The position numbers and the translations under genes were made by a program. The notes beneath the pieces are model-generated. The model did not search any database and was not told where the DNA came from. It was given only the letters and a program-made list of their open reading frames with translations. From Ramazzottius varieornatus (Eukaryota; Animalia; Tardigrada), in contig BDGG01000011.1 in the NCBI GenBank assembly GCA_001949185.1, positions 951,552 to 1,015,551 on the forward strand: a stretch of DNA of 64,000 nt. The letters run 5' to 3'. Positions 1 to 13,160 of this stretch are shown here, piece by piece; the first letter of the stretch is position 1; each line of letters opens with the position of its first letter.

Positions 1-1629
1 CCCGAACAGCACATGCCCCCTGAAATATGTCCTTTATTCTCGAAGAACTACGGCTCCGAACAGCTTCGACCCCCAACAGTCACGAACCCTATTAACTTCA
101 GCCCGATGGTCACTCTGCCCTAGAAGAATTTTCTCCGTAAACAAATTTGAAATTTCCGTGACAATCTGTTGTATTGTTTGGACTATGGACTTGCCCTCCT
201 GGCCCTTCCTGAGTAGTCCAACGATGAACCGGCGAAAGTGTTTCTCGAAGCTCGAACCGGGAGAGAGAACGTTTTCCCGAAGTGGGCTGCTGTTAAGCGA
301 AGCACTTCGTACTGAATAACTTGAGCGGCAAACCGTTGGTTCGATCAAATCGATGCATGTCATTTCTCACAGCATCATTCTCATTCGCGCTTTTCTTTCT
401 AGTTGTGGTCCTTTGATAACTATACAAAATTACCCTACCGGCTGACCTGATTATTTTCAGTTACATTTAGCTTTTATGCTGCAGAAGTCGAATTGTCTGT
501 CCCGGCCAACGAAAGTGGTGGCTCGGCTTTGGAGAACGCAGCTTTTGTTTCTGGTGCCAACAACAAACCGAGCTTGGTTTCGTTCGTCAAGTCATTCAAT
601 TGAGGCAATATGATGTTCATAAAGGATTCATAGAAGCAATCGTTAAAAATTTTTGACGGTGCAGTGATCAGGTGCTTCTCAGAAAACTTGTCTAGTGGGA
701 AGCGTTTCCGGGCAAGGTGGTCTTCGGTTCCGCGGTTCTTCGGGGTCGAAGTTGTTCGGGTTCGAGGCTGTTGGGGAAAGTGGTATTCGGGTCTGGCTTT
801 GATTTTTCGGGGCAAGAGTTCTTCGGGTTCGAGTATGTTGGGGGAAATTGTTATCAGGGTTCCAGGTACGGGGCCCAAGCCGTACCTCGCACTTCGTTAT
901 TTGCTGGTATTTCTGCAAAAGATCGTTACATGCGGTGTATGCATTGTCTGAACGTATCGACATGAACAATTGACTCACGGACATTTGATTTGTAAGAATT
1001 GAACTCACGAAGTTTGTCCGTGTCATTCATTGCACGCTGGAAAATGTACAGCTGTTTCGAAAGTTCCGCCAAAACTGATAGGATAGGTTGAGGTGGCCAG
1101 GCGCACGAGAACGAGTTCGAGCTGTTTTGGCTGTACCACGTCCCGCTCCTGTCGGGACACTGAAGAGGACGATTGGGACTGAAGACGCGATTACTTTGAG
1201 TACGGTACTGATCTTCGATGCCACAAGCCGTTTTTACATTAAAGAAACCTAATGTTTCTGTGGCTGAGCCTCCGCCAACCGTCGGCTTCCCAGTGAAGCT
1301 GAAAGTTTTGCGAGAGGAATCCGATGTGCTGATGTCGCACCAGCACAAACCATAAAAAACTCCAGACGGTTCTGATTTCCCCCGACGGGGAGGCGGAGTT
1401 AAATGAAACTTGGTTTTTGACTGGCCATCGTGCTGTTTCCGGCAGCCCGTTGAACTTCCATGAAATTTCGTTTTCGAAGCTTTCGTTTAGTCCGACATTT
1501 TGTTTATCTCCGCGATGTTGACTCAAAAATTGTCGCCTTTTCCATCATCAAAGATATCTAGCGACCTAGGAACGGAGTACCGAAGACAGAATCGAGGAAA
1601 TAGACTTACCCAGGACAGAATCGAGGAAC

Positions 1630-1668
1630 TAGACTTTCCCCGACAAAACTTTTGTCGGGGAAAGTCTA
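1630..1668. repeat. Perfect palindrome (19-bp arms, 1-nt spacer) preceded by a ~30-bp direct repeat
   Basis: TAGACTTTCCCCGACAAAA-C-TTTTGTCGGGGAAAGTCTA; GACAGAATCGAGGAA(A/C)TAGACTT occurs twice at ~1583-1637. Confidence 0.9.
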
Positions 1669-1911
1669 ATGTTCAGGTATTGTCTGGTGCATGGGCGGTT
1701 TGGGTTGCAGCTTTTTTGTGATCGAAAACCATGTATTTATCTTACTCGACAGGTTTTACTCACTTAGATGGCAGCACTCCCCACGCGAATCTCACCACTT
1801 ATCGTATTGAACTTTGGAAACCACACATTATTAACAATAAGTGTTGTAAACCATGTGTGCGGTTAGAACGAATAGCCTGAACGGTAATAAACTGACAAGC
1901 GTCGAAGAAGG

Positions 1912-4900
1912 TTACACCTGGTCACCGCGTTTCACTTTGAGCGCGATGATTTCTTTCTCTCTTTCTTTCTGCAGAAATTCCATTTGCTTCTCATAATCTG
2001 GGCGTTTACTCTGCTTCGCTTCCTCGATGCACTGATCGTAATAGTCAATCATGGAGAAACTGTCACTGTTCACAGCAATTCGGTTAAGCTTGTCGAAAGC
2101 ATCCTTCAGTTCTCTGACGTTTTCTGCCTGTTCCACTTCTAGGTTTCGGTACTGTTTTCGAAGATCATCCAAGTATGCACGAATCCGCTGCTTATTGGAG
2201 GAGAAAATATTGAATCGCTGTAGTATTTCCTGTAGCACCTTTAGTTGCTTCTTCTTCTGGTACACGTAAATATATGGTGTATTGGAATGACAAGTCCACT
2301 CGCACTTTTTTGGGCACGCGGTGCAGAATCCAGTTTGTCGATTCATTGCCGAACAATCTCTCTTGTCGTCGTCCTTTTCAATTGCGCAGGTAGCGTGACA
2401 GGTAAAGTTGCAAACGCGGCAGTTGGTTAGGAAACGACCAGGCCCACCGGGGTGCGGCTGTCGAACGACCTCTTCGCACTCGATTTCCACGGTGTGATTG
2501 CTGTTAGCTTTTACTTCACTATCAGCCTGATCCAACTGCCTCTCGTTTGCCCGAATGGTAGCCATTCTTTCCCGCACTTCTTCACTACGTTTCAAGATGG
2601 CGTCAAGCCGCACATGAATCCGTCTGCGCTCTTCCATGACTTCTCTGCTTAAGACAAGACTTTGCGGCGTTGTGTGAACTAGTCGAGTAAAGAAGGTTTC
2701 CATGCTGGTAGCGCCAATGTCCCAGTAGGAGCGCGTAAAGGGGTCAGCTTCGTTAGCGTTCGGTTCGTACAAAGCACAGTTGTTAAACTTGCAGGTACTG
2801 GCAAAGGTGATGCCGGTTTCCTGTTCCACCCCTTTAATCAGGGCTTCAGGTCTCTTCTGGTCTGCGAAGGTTAGCAAGAGGAACATATTGCCCATAATGT
2901 CTTTACCGAACACGGACATAATGGTGTGCAAGATGTATTTCTGGCCAGCATCCAGTCGAACACTGGAGCTTGGCATAACCAGCCCAACTGCATCGATTTG
3001 ATCGATAGCCTGAAAATAATATGACGAAAGAAAGTGTAACTTTAACTTTCAAGAATTTCGAGGCTCCCTTCAGATATCATAGTTCGTTGTGGGGCCCAAG
3101 CTGCTACCGCATGTTATGACTCACCAGAGTAAGGTCGCCGCATCCGAAGAAAGCTTTCAGCTGGTCCTGGATTTCAGCATCCCGCTGAACGCCTGCAGTG
3201 TCACCCATTCCAGGGGTATCGATGATTGTGAGAGAAAACGGATAGGGACAATCGGCTCGTTTGGGTATGTGGTAACTGGACACCCACTGCGTCATACTTT
3301 TGGTCTGTTTGCCGGGGTCGCTCTCACCTTCTTCCCGAATCAATTTAAAGCGCACAGGGTCATCGAACTTCACACCAAGCATGTAGTTGGCCAGACCGTT
3401 GATTAGGGTGGTCTTGCCGGCACCGGTCTTCCCCATTAACAAAACCACCTTTTCTTGCGCGGTTTCGTTTGGCGGCGCTTTCGGGCCCACGTAGTACTTT
3501 CTGATCTTCTTATGCGGATCGCATCCGAGCTGGGTGACCGGAAGTGCGTACAGGCTTGGCTTAGCTTTGTGCAGCAACTGACACCCTTCCATGACCAGGT
3601 TAATGTAGCGCACAGGTCTCAGTTTGGGCTGACCTGCGGATCCTTCACTGTCCGTAGGGAATGACCCTGGATTCTCCTTGTGTTTTGACCTGCCTTGCCC
3701 TGCGACGGTAAATGGCTCCAATGTGTGCAGCGACCTCAGTAGTTTAGCCCGACTGTTTCCGATCCAGCCAACCGTTACCACGCTAAAGTCGTAAGCCGTT
3801 GCCGGTGAAAGGTCGTTGACCTTAACGACATTGGATATCAATCTTCCGCCATACGGAATCCAATCGTTATCGGTCTGGCGAGGAGACTTGTTGGTCTCGC
3901 GGTATTGCACCATGTATTTTTCCCTGTCGGCACGTGGACCAACTACAAAGCGCTCCTTCCATCGTAGGCTGATACTGGTCGTGGTGGCATCCGTAACTTG
4001 AAAATCCTCGACCGGAAGAGGAAGGTCAAATGGCGACTTCCTGCCTTCAGCGTAGCAGAACGTTTCCACTACGTCACCTGATAACTCCGAAGACTGAACG
4101 ACAATGCACAGCACACTTTTGTTGGCGGTAGCGTAATCCCAGTACTCGTTCGCGATCCTCTCAACAGTCTCACATGCTGACGTTTTTGTCCACGTAAACC
4201 ACGTAGGTCTGGCGTTTCGCAGATCGAATGGGGCAGGCCTGCAAAGAAAATGTATATCAAGACGACCAAGATTCTGAGATGGCCATAATTCCGACCGGTT
4301 ATACTATGCTTATTTTTCTTTCTTTTTTGATACCACGCCGTCATACCCCGCGTTGAATTCTAAAGCTACAGTTACAGGGTGATCCCGATAAGTTGGACGG
4401 ATTTTGAGCTTGAATAAAAAATGAGCAGTGCTTTCACTTCTTCGAAAATTCGTTCCCAGATATGTCTAACTATTGAAAACATTGTGTAAAAATGTTGTCG
4501 AGGTTTTGTGGTCCAGAAGGAGCACAGCGCTAAAGACGTGAACTAGGTGGAAACCAAAAAGTTTTCCCGAAACCAACATGCAATGCACTTCTTGCTGGTT
4601 TGTTTGCGTGCAAAACGTTTTAGAACAGTTTCGCTGATGCTATTCTGTAGGAAAAACGTTCTTGATATAGCAGAAAAATATCACTTACGACTTCGTGCAC
4701 ACCGTTGGATTGGCGAGCGACAATATTGCTGCTGACTCAGGGGGTAAGCAAAAGTTTTCGCGTATTTTTTGAATTATTCTCCGTCGGCAGCGTGTAAGAA
4801 CCGTCCGTTTGTTTTTTAATAATTAGTCCAAACGTCCTTCTTTCGTAAAACAATTTTATGAGGAAACCTTGTAGTTTTGTGCGTCTGATACAAATAATCT

Positions 4901-7900
4901 AACTGAGGTTCCCACTTTTTACCCGTAAAATGACGATTTTTCATAGCTCTCAACAATTAAACAATCGTTGTTTTGTTGAAGAGAATTTGACAGAAATCAA
5001 AGATGAAGACGTGTTCTATCGAATGAGCTGACGTACGAAAAATTGGAGAGAGACGCGATTTTACTACGAATTTCCAAAATCCGTCCAACTTATCGGGATC
5101 ACCCTGTAGGTGGACACCAACGTACAGGGCGCTCGCACCAACTTGCCACCACCTGCCATTTCCTCGAGGAAAAATCAGATTACTTCTTTTCTGTCTGTCC
5201 TTCCACACTACTCATACAAGTTTTCAAGCTGTTTCGTTTGAACTAAATATGAGCCGCTTCATGATATTCATGATTTTGAACAGCAGCTCGAAGAATTTGA
5301 CTAGTGTAACTTCCGGTGGGCAAGACCTATCGTAACGACCCAAACTGTTGTCCACAGGACACCATGTTATAGTTTCGATCCGACATTTGCTATCAACAGG
5401 CCAAAAACTGTATTGGTTGTACGTGAAAATCAAAAAGATCCACGGGAATATCGAAATAACTCAGCGAACGAATTTCAATCAGCGAATTCGGCCATTTTGC
5501 CGGCAAACCTTGCTCTATGAAAAAATTCCAGCTTTTGACCCGATCGGTAGAATCGTCGTTTCGACCTCTTTCCGATTATCCCAGCTCGGGATCTCATTAT
5601 TTTCGGTCACAGTGCCGCATGACTTCAACGGAAAAGTAAAAAAATAATTTTTAGAAACGACCCCAAAAATTTCGAAAGTTGATGGACTTTTGGCTTCTCT
5701 CCTCCTCCAGCTTAATGTCGCGTACGACTCTTCCTGAAAAGATTTCGGGTCGGTTATTTTTTACGAGGTTGCACACAGGATGTCAAACCAGGGAAAATTA
5801 GTTTGAAAGTTGAGTAATGATCCAGCCGAGAAGGTTATGATTTTATGGGTGGTAGCAAGTTGGTGCGAGCGCCCTGTACTTGTTACCTTGCTGGAATTTG
5901 AAGGTTGGGGGTTGGAGCTTTGGTTACGGCCAGTCGCGAAAAGTCTCAAGCATGTTACCGGCAACCCTCAACCGGGGACCACAAAATAACCGATCGCACA
6001 AGATCGGTTATTTTGCGGTGCAATTCATTCACTCGCCAGGGATTTCGGAATCAAACCCGAACCGGCCATAATCTCGAGGACCCAAAATATAAGTGGGCAG
6101 CGGAAAGATGATTTCTGTTGACACGGCTCTATGCCATTACCAGAGAGAATCTCGGGTCATGGAGCTACTGTACAGCATCCACGAGGTGAGCAGGGCGGCA
6201 GAAACCCGTAAGGTATGAAAGCTTAAGAGAAGGAAGCACGTAGCGCTAATTAGACTGAGTGAACTTGCCCATTGTCTGCTTTTGATTATCAATAAGGAAA
6301 AATCATAGAGTTGATTGGCAGCATTGGTAGCTGCAAAAAAACCGTAAAGAAATCAGGCACTGACCACTCGATGAGCATTGGTTTCCGAAATTCGTCCTAA
6401 AAAATCGAGAAGGGAGGTTGCTGCTTCTACTATTCCTAATTCGGGGTTACCATTGAGAATCAAAAACAGATTTCAGAACATAGACCACACTACGCTGTTC
6501 TGTTCGGTGCTTCTGGTTAAGTCGCGATCGTTCCTTCCCTAAAAATCCGCCGTGATGTGTTGCAAAGAGACATTTTCGAATTTAACTTATGTGACGAATG
6601 TGGATATCGGCGGCCCAATTCGAATCCCAACGCTCTGTAGGCAAATTATTCAGGAAACGAGTTTGAAGTTTTGGCACCCCAACGACAAAGTTAAACTGCT
6701 GATGCAATCTAGGGTTGCAAACAGAGGGAGACGATGTTGGGGTTCATTTGGTCGTCTGTCCAGTGATTAGGTGGCTACGGCAGGAAAATCTGAAGGGGTT
6801 CGAAATTTTGACTGAAAATGTTTTGACGTCACATCGATGTCATGCAGCCTGAAGATGTGCTTGCACGTATTTTGCAACAAAACCCGCATGTGGGGGTTAT
6901 TGCAGCTGGTACCAACCCCTGGAATTCCAGAGAAATCTTAAAAGGGCGAACAGTTTTGTGAGACTTCTATCCTTGGCGAAGCGTGGCGGCTTCACCACAC
7001 GATGTCCCTGGATATAGCTCACAACTTCATGCCAAAAAATAGTTCGAACCCAAAAAAGTTGGGCTTCAAATTGGACCGCCGATACCCATGTGCTACAAAA
7101 TTACCGAGCAAGAAATGGTTAGACATTACCGCGGTATTTGCAGTGGTTGCTCAAATTTCAACAAAATTTTGAGAAATATAATACTAGTCAGGTGTGGGAG
7201 TTCTAGCTTTAGACCCGTTTCAAAATCTTACGGAAGGACATTTCGGCTAATGACAATCATTAAGCCATAGTTCGACCCTCAGCCTTCAAACTTACCGTCG
7301 TCGATATTCGGTATCGAAAACCCGGAGTTCGCAGTAGGTTTCGAAACACATTGAGCAGGATTTGTCTGACCGAATATGACCAAACATGGCCAAATACCTC
7401 CTCAGTTTTCAACGGATACAGGGTCCGCGTTACTACCGGACTGCTAACCAGTCATCCGTTGCTGATTCTGTACCTTCTCGATGAAAGAAGCTCGAGAGTT
7501 CGATGTTGAATCTAGTAATGACAGTCAGGTGGGAGCAGGACACCAGACTTAAATCACGCTGGCTGCTGTGCTATATATACGTACCTTCGCCCAGAGGGTC
7601 CTCTCATCGGCATGGCTTCGCGATTTTTTGCAGTTCGGTATACCCGGCTCAGAGTTTGGTTGTTTCTTGCGCATGGGTTGATTGCCAGACAGACGACTGG
7701 CTGGCCAGCATGGGCGTCCGAAAAGTTTTCCAGACGTTCTGGACCAGCTATGAACTCGTACTGGCCGAGCAGATCCATGACCGCAGACAATCGATCGTTT
7801 TCTTGCATTCGACACGCTATCCACTCGCTCAGACTTGGTTGGTTCTGCTCTAGAGTCTGATGCTGATCCATGATCGCATCCAGAAGCTTCGGGTGTACAT

Positions 7901-8909
7901 CTCCGCGTTGAATATCTGGCAATCGACTCGCTATCGCGTTCTGTAGTTCAGTCCTCTTGGACTCGTTCTGAGCTAACATTTCTTGCACCGCTCTGCGTAA
8001 GAGTGACAGCTTGAAGTTGACTGGGTGCTTCAGCAAGTCTTTCAGCCGCATAGTCATTTCATCGAAGAAGCACATTATATCGATTGCATTCTCGATCAAC
8101 TTAGGTCGTAAGGTAACCTCGGCTCGCCGAATCCTGGGATCAAGACTGCTCAGAGAGTCCAGCCAAACGGACTTTGGAATGGCCGCATGGTCAATTCGTT
8201 TTGAAACTGTTGCGCGTAAGTCTCGGCAGAACTCCATCGTTTCAAATACCGTGAAGTCGAGCGTCTGAGCATCCAGATCACTATGCACGGACACTCGAAC
8301 ATGTTGGGCAATATCGTTCAGCTGACCGAATTCTCTTTGTGGTTCCCGAATCATCTGAATAATGGTTTCCGCAAGGTTCACTAGCTGTCTTTCAGCATCC
8401 GCATATGTTCGACCAGAAGCAAGCGAGTAATCCAGTACCAAGAAGAAATCCAGCCCATGTCCAATCGCCGATATCACATGGGTCCCAATGTCGTTGGCGC
8501 AAAGCGCGTTTAGGCTGTCGATGTCCTCAAAGTGTTTTTTGGTGAGACGTTCCCATTTGAAGAGGAAAATACATCCCACCACCACTCGAACCTGGTTTTG
8601 CGAGGCACGCGAATTGTATAAGTAGGATCCTGATCCAGTTGGCTTTACGATCTTCAAAGCCAGTTGCAACATAAGGTCGTCGACTTGGTCGTTGTTTAGG
8701 ATGTTCAGCTTGGTTCGTAGTGAGTCGTTCCTGATGATGTTAACGATTGGGGAAGTGGGCGAAATATACTCCACTTCCGCAGGCAGAGCTTGAGGCTCAC
8801 TTGCATTTCTCACCCGCACGAAGCTCAGTCCAATCTCGTCGGTGCGAATATCATAGATATGGCCGAGCTTGAAAGGTCTCCCGAGGGCAGCAATGCGGCG
8901 GTCAAGCAT
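1912..8909 (-). CDS. Stonustoxin/verrucotoxin-like (SNTX/MACPF-type) N-terminal domain + FN3 + AIG1/septin-like P-loop GTPase + Cys/His-rich motif + coiled coil; coding exons 8909-7585, 4238-3125, 3009-1912 (~1178 aa)
   Basis: The N-terminal motifs AALGRPFKLGHIYDIRTD, GTHVISAIGHGLDFFLVLD and AAIPKSVWLDSL resemble stonustoxin motifs. FN3 pattern: ATTTSISLRW...YMVQYR...VNDLSPATAYDFSV. GTPase motifs: G1 GKTGAGKT, G2 SMT, G3 DTPG, G4-like TFAD. Splice sites AAG|GTACGT (7584) to TTGCAG| (4239) and CTG|GTGAGT (3124) to TTTCAG| (3010) join the three ORFs in frame (phases 2 and 0). Confidence 0.85.
4375..5106. mobile_element. Non-autonomous Tc1/mariner-type element (MITE) in intron 1 of the toxin-GTPase gene
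   Basis: TIR CAGGGTGATCCCGATAAGTTGGACGGATTTT at both ends, flanked by TA; no coding capacity. Confidence 0.9.
5125..5876. mobile_element. Second non-autonomous Tc1/mariner-type element, adjacent to the first
   Basis: TIR CAGGGCGCTCGCACCAACTTGC(C/T)ACCACC at both ends with TA flanks. Confidence 0.88.
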
Positions 8910-9043
8910 TCTGGGGATACGCGATGGGATTCGGTCTCAGCTTAAACGATGCGTCTCGCATAGGATCTGTAAAAACATGGAGGCGATCCTTTCTACGCTA
9001 CAGACTTATTGATAGTAACATGTCTAAGTTCCATCACACAACC

Positions 9044-9193
9044 ACAGTAATACTACTCACAAGTATGTTGCGTCACAGAGACATTTTCTAAGCGATCTGA
9101 TCCGACATCAGCGTTCACTCTACGCAACGCCACCGCATAGGTCGCTCACAAAAGGCCTCTGTGACGCGATACACTTGTGCGGCGTATTACTGT
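9044..9193. repeat. Short imperfect hairpin/MITE
   Basis: ACAGTAATAC...CACAAGT...GCGTCACAGAG is inverted as CTCTGTGACGC...ACTTGTG...GTATTACTGT. Confidence 0.75.
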
Positions 9194-9455
9194 ATCCGTA
9201 GAACCGTCTGTTTACGACGTTCTTGTCTAAAGGTTCTCGATGACGTTACGTTACGACCAGTAGCGAAAAGGATGGTACACATACCTGCACCCAGATAACC
9301 GAACATCCACATAAATATTGTCAACCACCGTCGCGGTATGGATTTTGTCACCTAAAGTACAACGAGTGTATTGCTGCCATAAAATCATACGGTAAGTAGC
9401 TTGAATCTTATTATCATGCCGGAAATGAGCGTGGAGCTGTGGAAGTCAATATAAC

Positions 9456-10026
9456 GACTAAGCTCTGTCTCATCTGCTGATGCCGAGTACTTTCGGCCTC
9501 CTGGTCACTTCACCGTGCATTCCCTGTGGATTTCTGTTCGACCATAGTTCTTGTATCACTTCTTGGGTCGACTTGGCCGTTCCAGAATGTTGCGATCGGC
9601 TCTTGATCATCCCGCTACCGGGGAAGGTCAGCTGATAGGATCTCTGATACCCGTTATGTACGATCCTGCCCTTACTCGTACGCGTAAATCAAGNNNNNNN
9701 NNNNNNNNNNNNNNNNNNNNNNNNNNNNNNNNNNNNNNNNNNNAGCTGATAGTTGATTGGCCGTACTGCCGCGTTTTCCCTACCCGAACTTGATTTACGC
9801 GTACGAGTAAGGGCAGGATCGTACATAACGGGTATCAGAGATCCTATCAGCTGACCTTCCCCGGTAGCGGGATGATCAAGAGCCGATCGCAACATTCTGG
9901 AACGGCCAAGCCGACCCAAGAAGTGATACAAGAACTATGGCCGAACAGAAATCCACAGGGAATGCACGGTGAAGTGACCAGGAGGCCGAAAGTACTCGGC
10001 ATCAGCAGATGAGACAAAGCTTAGTC
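9456..10026. repeat. Long inverted repeat (~238-bp arms) flanking an N gap
   Basis: 9456-9693 is the reverse complement of 9789-10026, with about 3 mismatches seen. This explains the identical ORF translations on opposite strands. Confidence 0.9.
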
Positions 10027-12164
10027 TCTTGTACAATGTCGGAAAGACTTCCGTGTACAATGTCGGAAGACATCAGATTTGACTGTGTCATTGCCCTAAC
10101 TTGTAAGGCAAGTACTGCATTAAAGCAATATTGTGCCACACATAACAATGAAATTTGATGTCGGGGGTGGAGAATATCTCCAACATCATACGATGAACAA
10201 AGGCGTAAAATATAGTTATTACCCTGTACCTATGCCATCCATCCGGTTTTTGAGAGCTGATTTGTTTGTTAGCCACCCATAGTCACCCCTGCAGATGCGC
10301 GATGAAATTCGATTCGATTGCATTAACTTAAGCGGCCACTGCAATACGGTGAACTCAACGTACAATTAAAACTCGACACCGGACGGATGGCATACGCTGT
10401 GTTGGAGATTCGACTTACCCCGTGAGGCGCACAGCAGCAGTAGGCTTCGTGAGCGAATCTCAACCAACTATGCGATACGTGTCCACTCCATAAATATACT
10501 CAACAGCGACTCATCGATGGCATGTTTCCGTTCCAGAAAACCGGAAAAGCACAAGAAACGAAAACCCTTGACCGCTGTCACGAAATTTCACTGCCAGAAT
10601 TATTCACGCAACAGGTTTCCAGTTTAGCGCAATAGCGATGACTGTGTAGGTTGACGGAGTCGAAAACACAACGCGCAGTATCCCCTGAGGCTACTTTAAC
10701 TGCGCCCTATATGCTTCAGGCTGAAGTTAATATCATACAGTGAGTTACTCATACCATTGTTGTCTCTGGAACGAAACAGAGCTGCTGATACCGAGTTCAA
10801 ACTGTCTTATCATCGTAAATCTTCGCTTCGTGAAACAGTATGTGAAGTGGACTTCAGCCCGCTGGCGGAACGAGCTGTGACTCTTGGACTCAGTAACTCA
10901 GCGACAAGTTGAGCAGAAGTATGGATGCTTGCGTCCTGATACTGCAATGTTACGGCGTCCGTCAAATTTCAAGCCGTGTTTTTCCGATACAGTGTATTTT
11001 AATGCATAATGCAAAATTCAATTCCGATATGGCCCGCCGTAGCCATGGACTTAACATGGGCGACCGGATTCAAACTGGTTGCGCTGTTGTATCGGAACAA
11101 CACTGGTTGCAAGACCTGCAACTGGAAAACATGAGTGGGTGAACATAGCAGGTCATCGTGGCCAGATTTCGACGTCAGTACGCAGTATGCACCTGAACAG
11201 CCTGTCCGGCTCAGTCAGACTCGCCCGTTGATGCTCACTGGCACCGGCATCTAAGGTCGGGATCACAACAGGGAGGGGAGCACTCTCGTACAGAGAAATT
11301 TCTGAGCCGCTGCCCAGATCCCTTCCTAGAGAAAATCTTGAGCGATCTTCCGACTTCGGAAATCGTTTTGCATGTTTTGATTGACAGGATTTGCTCTTGG
11401 TCATCCAGCCATCGGGGATATTTTTCTTGATTATCCGCACGCTACAGACCAACCCGCCCACCGTTGTCTTTGGACTCTGACGTCAGCAGGCAAAAAATGA
11501 AATCTGTTGCGTGCGTGAAATGTAAAAGGTACCGGCACAGACGATATTCTTATCGGCCTTCTGGCATCTGACCTTCCTGCTGCACGTTGGAAAACGATAG
11601 AGTCGAGACAACTTCTTTGTTGTCTTCTCCTATCACAGCTGGAAAGTATGAAGAGTCAGCCAGGAAAAAACTGGAGAGATAAGAGCTTCCATCAAACACA
11701 AGCAAAAACCGTCTCCTCAGTTTTCAAATGCACCACAGTATTCTACAATAGCGTGTACCGTAGTCTGACAAAACTAACAGGAAGCTGAGAGATGTCTCCC
11801 AGTTCTTCTCTGTATCCCGTGGATGTGAGGCATATTGCTCATTTATGGAAAGTGCTGGGTCAGTCGTTTTTTGGGTCGAATAAATATACTCTCACCACTC
11901 TGGCAATGACCTAGCTTTGCTTCCGTTTTAGTGTCTTTACCATGTCCCGCTTGATTACGAAATTCGTCCCACGCCCGTAATACTTTGTAGATTCAAAGAA
12001 AATAAGACTTTTGTTGCCTGCATTCACAGTGCTTCTCTACGAACATGACCGCTGTCCGTTAGCCGCGCATCTCCTTCGGGAACCTGAACTTCCTGACCCA
12101 CCTCGCCATCAGCTTGCTTCACGTCGGTAGACTCGGTCCCCAAGAAAAAAGAGTACCACCCAAA

Positions 12165-12285
12165 GTCTACTATTGACGTCGTTCATCGGGAGCGTCTGTG
12201 TACGCTTTTGCCGGCTTGGCAATGCTAAAAAGCCGGTAGAGCGTACACAGACGCCCCCGACGAATGACGTCAATAGTAGACTTTT
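12165..12285. repeat. Hairpin/MITE
   Basis: AAAGTCTACTATTGACGTC...GCGTCTGTGTACGCT is inverted as AGCGTACACAGACGC...GACGTCAATAGTAGACTTT. Confidence 0.8.
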
Positions 12286-12880
12286 CTTTTCATGGGTCGA
12301 ACCGGGAACTATCCTCAATGGAATGTCACAGGACTAATTAATTGTTATCAACAAGTAGTACTGTACATTTCGTCAGTGAGACGAGCGCTGTGCCGACGTG
12401 GAAGCTGAGGGAGACTTGATATTACGGTACTGCCAAGAAGGGCCACCAGTGTGGCACTTATGGATGGCGAAGTTGTTAAGCGGGACATCGAACCGGTCAA
12501 GCGTATTAACAAAACCCCGAAGGCGACGACGAGGCGGCTCTGGCTTCGAGATTGACGGCTTCAACCTGACCCTTTACGGAGGAGTGCTGAAGGATGAGTC
12601 CACATTACAACGAACTTTCGGTCCACATTTTCAGCGCTGGTGCCTGTAATGCTACGTATGTCTGAATGCCAACTGAAGTGATTTACACACGTAAATTTAC
12701 ATGAAAATTATCGTCATTAAACCAAAAGTTTCAGCTCAGTTTTACTTCCATCTTCCTCATTGCGCACTAAATATTGAATCGGCAAGGAACATGAAATGAA
12801 GAAGAGAAACTACCACACTTCCGCTCTAAGCTTTGATTATCATTAGGCAGATTGCGGAACTGCACCAGAAGTTATTACTC

Positions 12881-13081
12881 TAAACTACCGATCGAGTGGG
12901 ACAAGATCGGTCCGGGTCCGTGCGAAAAGACTAGCCGGAACTAGCAGAATCTGCTGTTATGTATAATGTCATATAGATCACCTGATTGGTATACACGTTT
13001 ACCAAATATTTCGCCCTACGATCCGGGGAGTCTGTTTGCACGGACCCGGATCTGAAACTGTCCCACTAGATCGGTAGTTTA
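12881..13081. mobile_element. ~200-bp MITE
   Basis: TAAACTACCGATC(G/T)AGTGGGACA...TCCGGGTCCGTGC is inverted at the right end. Confidence 0.75.
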
Positions 13082-13160
13082 AAGTATTCGTTGCTTGAAC
13101 CTATCGCAAGCAGCACCCCGCCTGTCTAGGGCCTGGATCAATTGTTTCGACAAAGTGCTA

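Noticed and set aside
9551-9931. Duplicated 80-aa ORF pair on opposite strands
   Set aside because: Simply the two arms of an inverted repeat read into an N gap; non-ATG start and no protein features.
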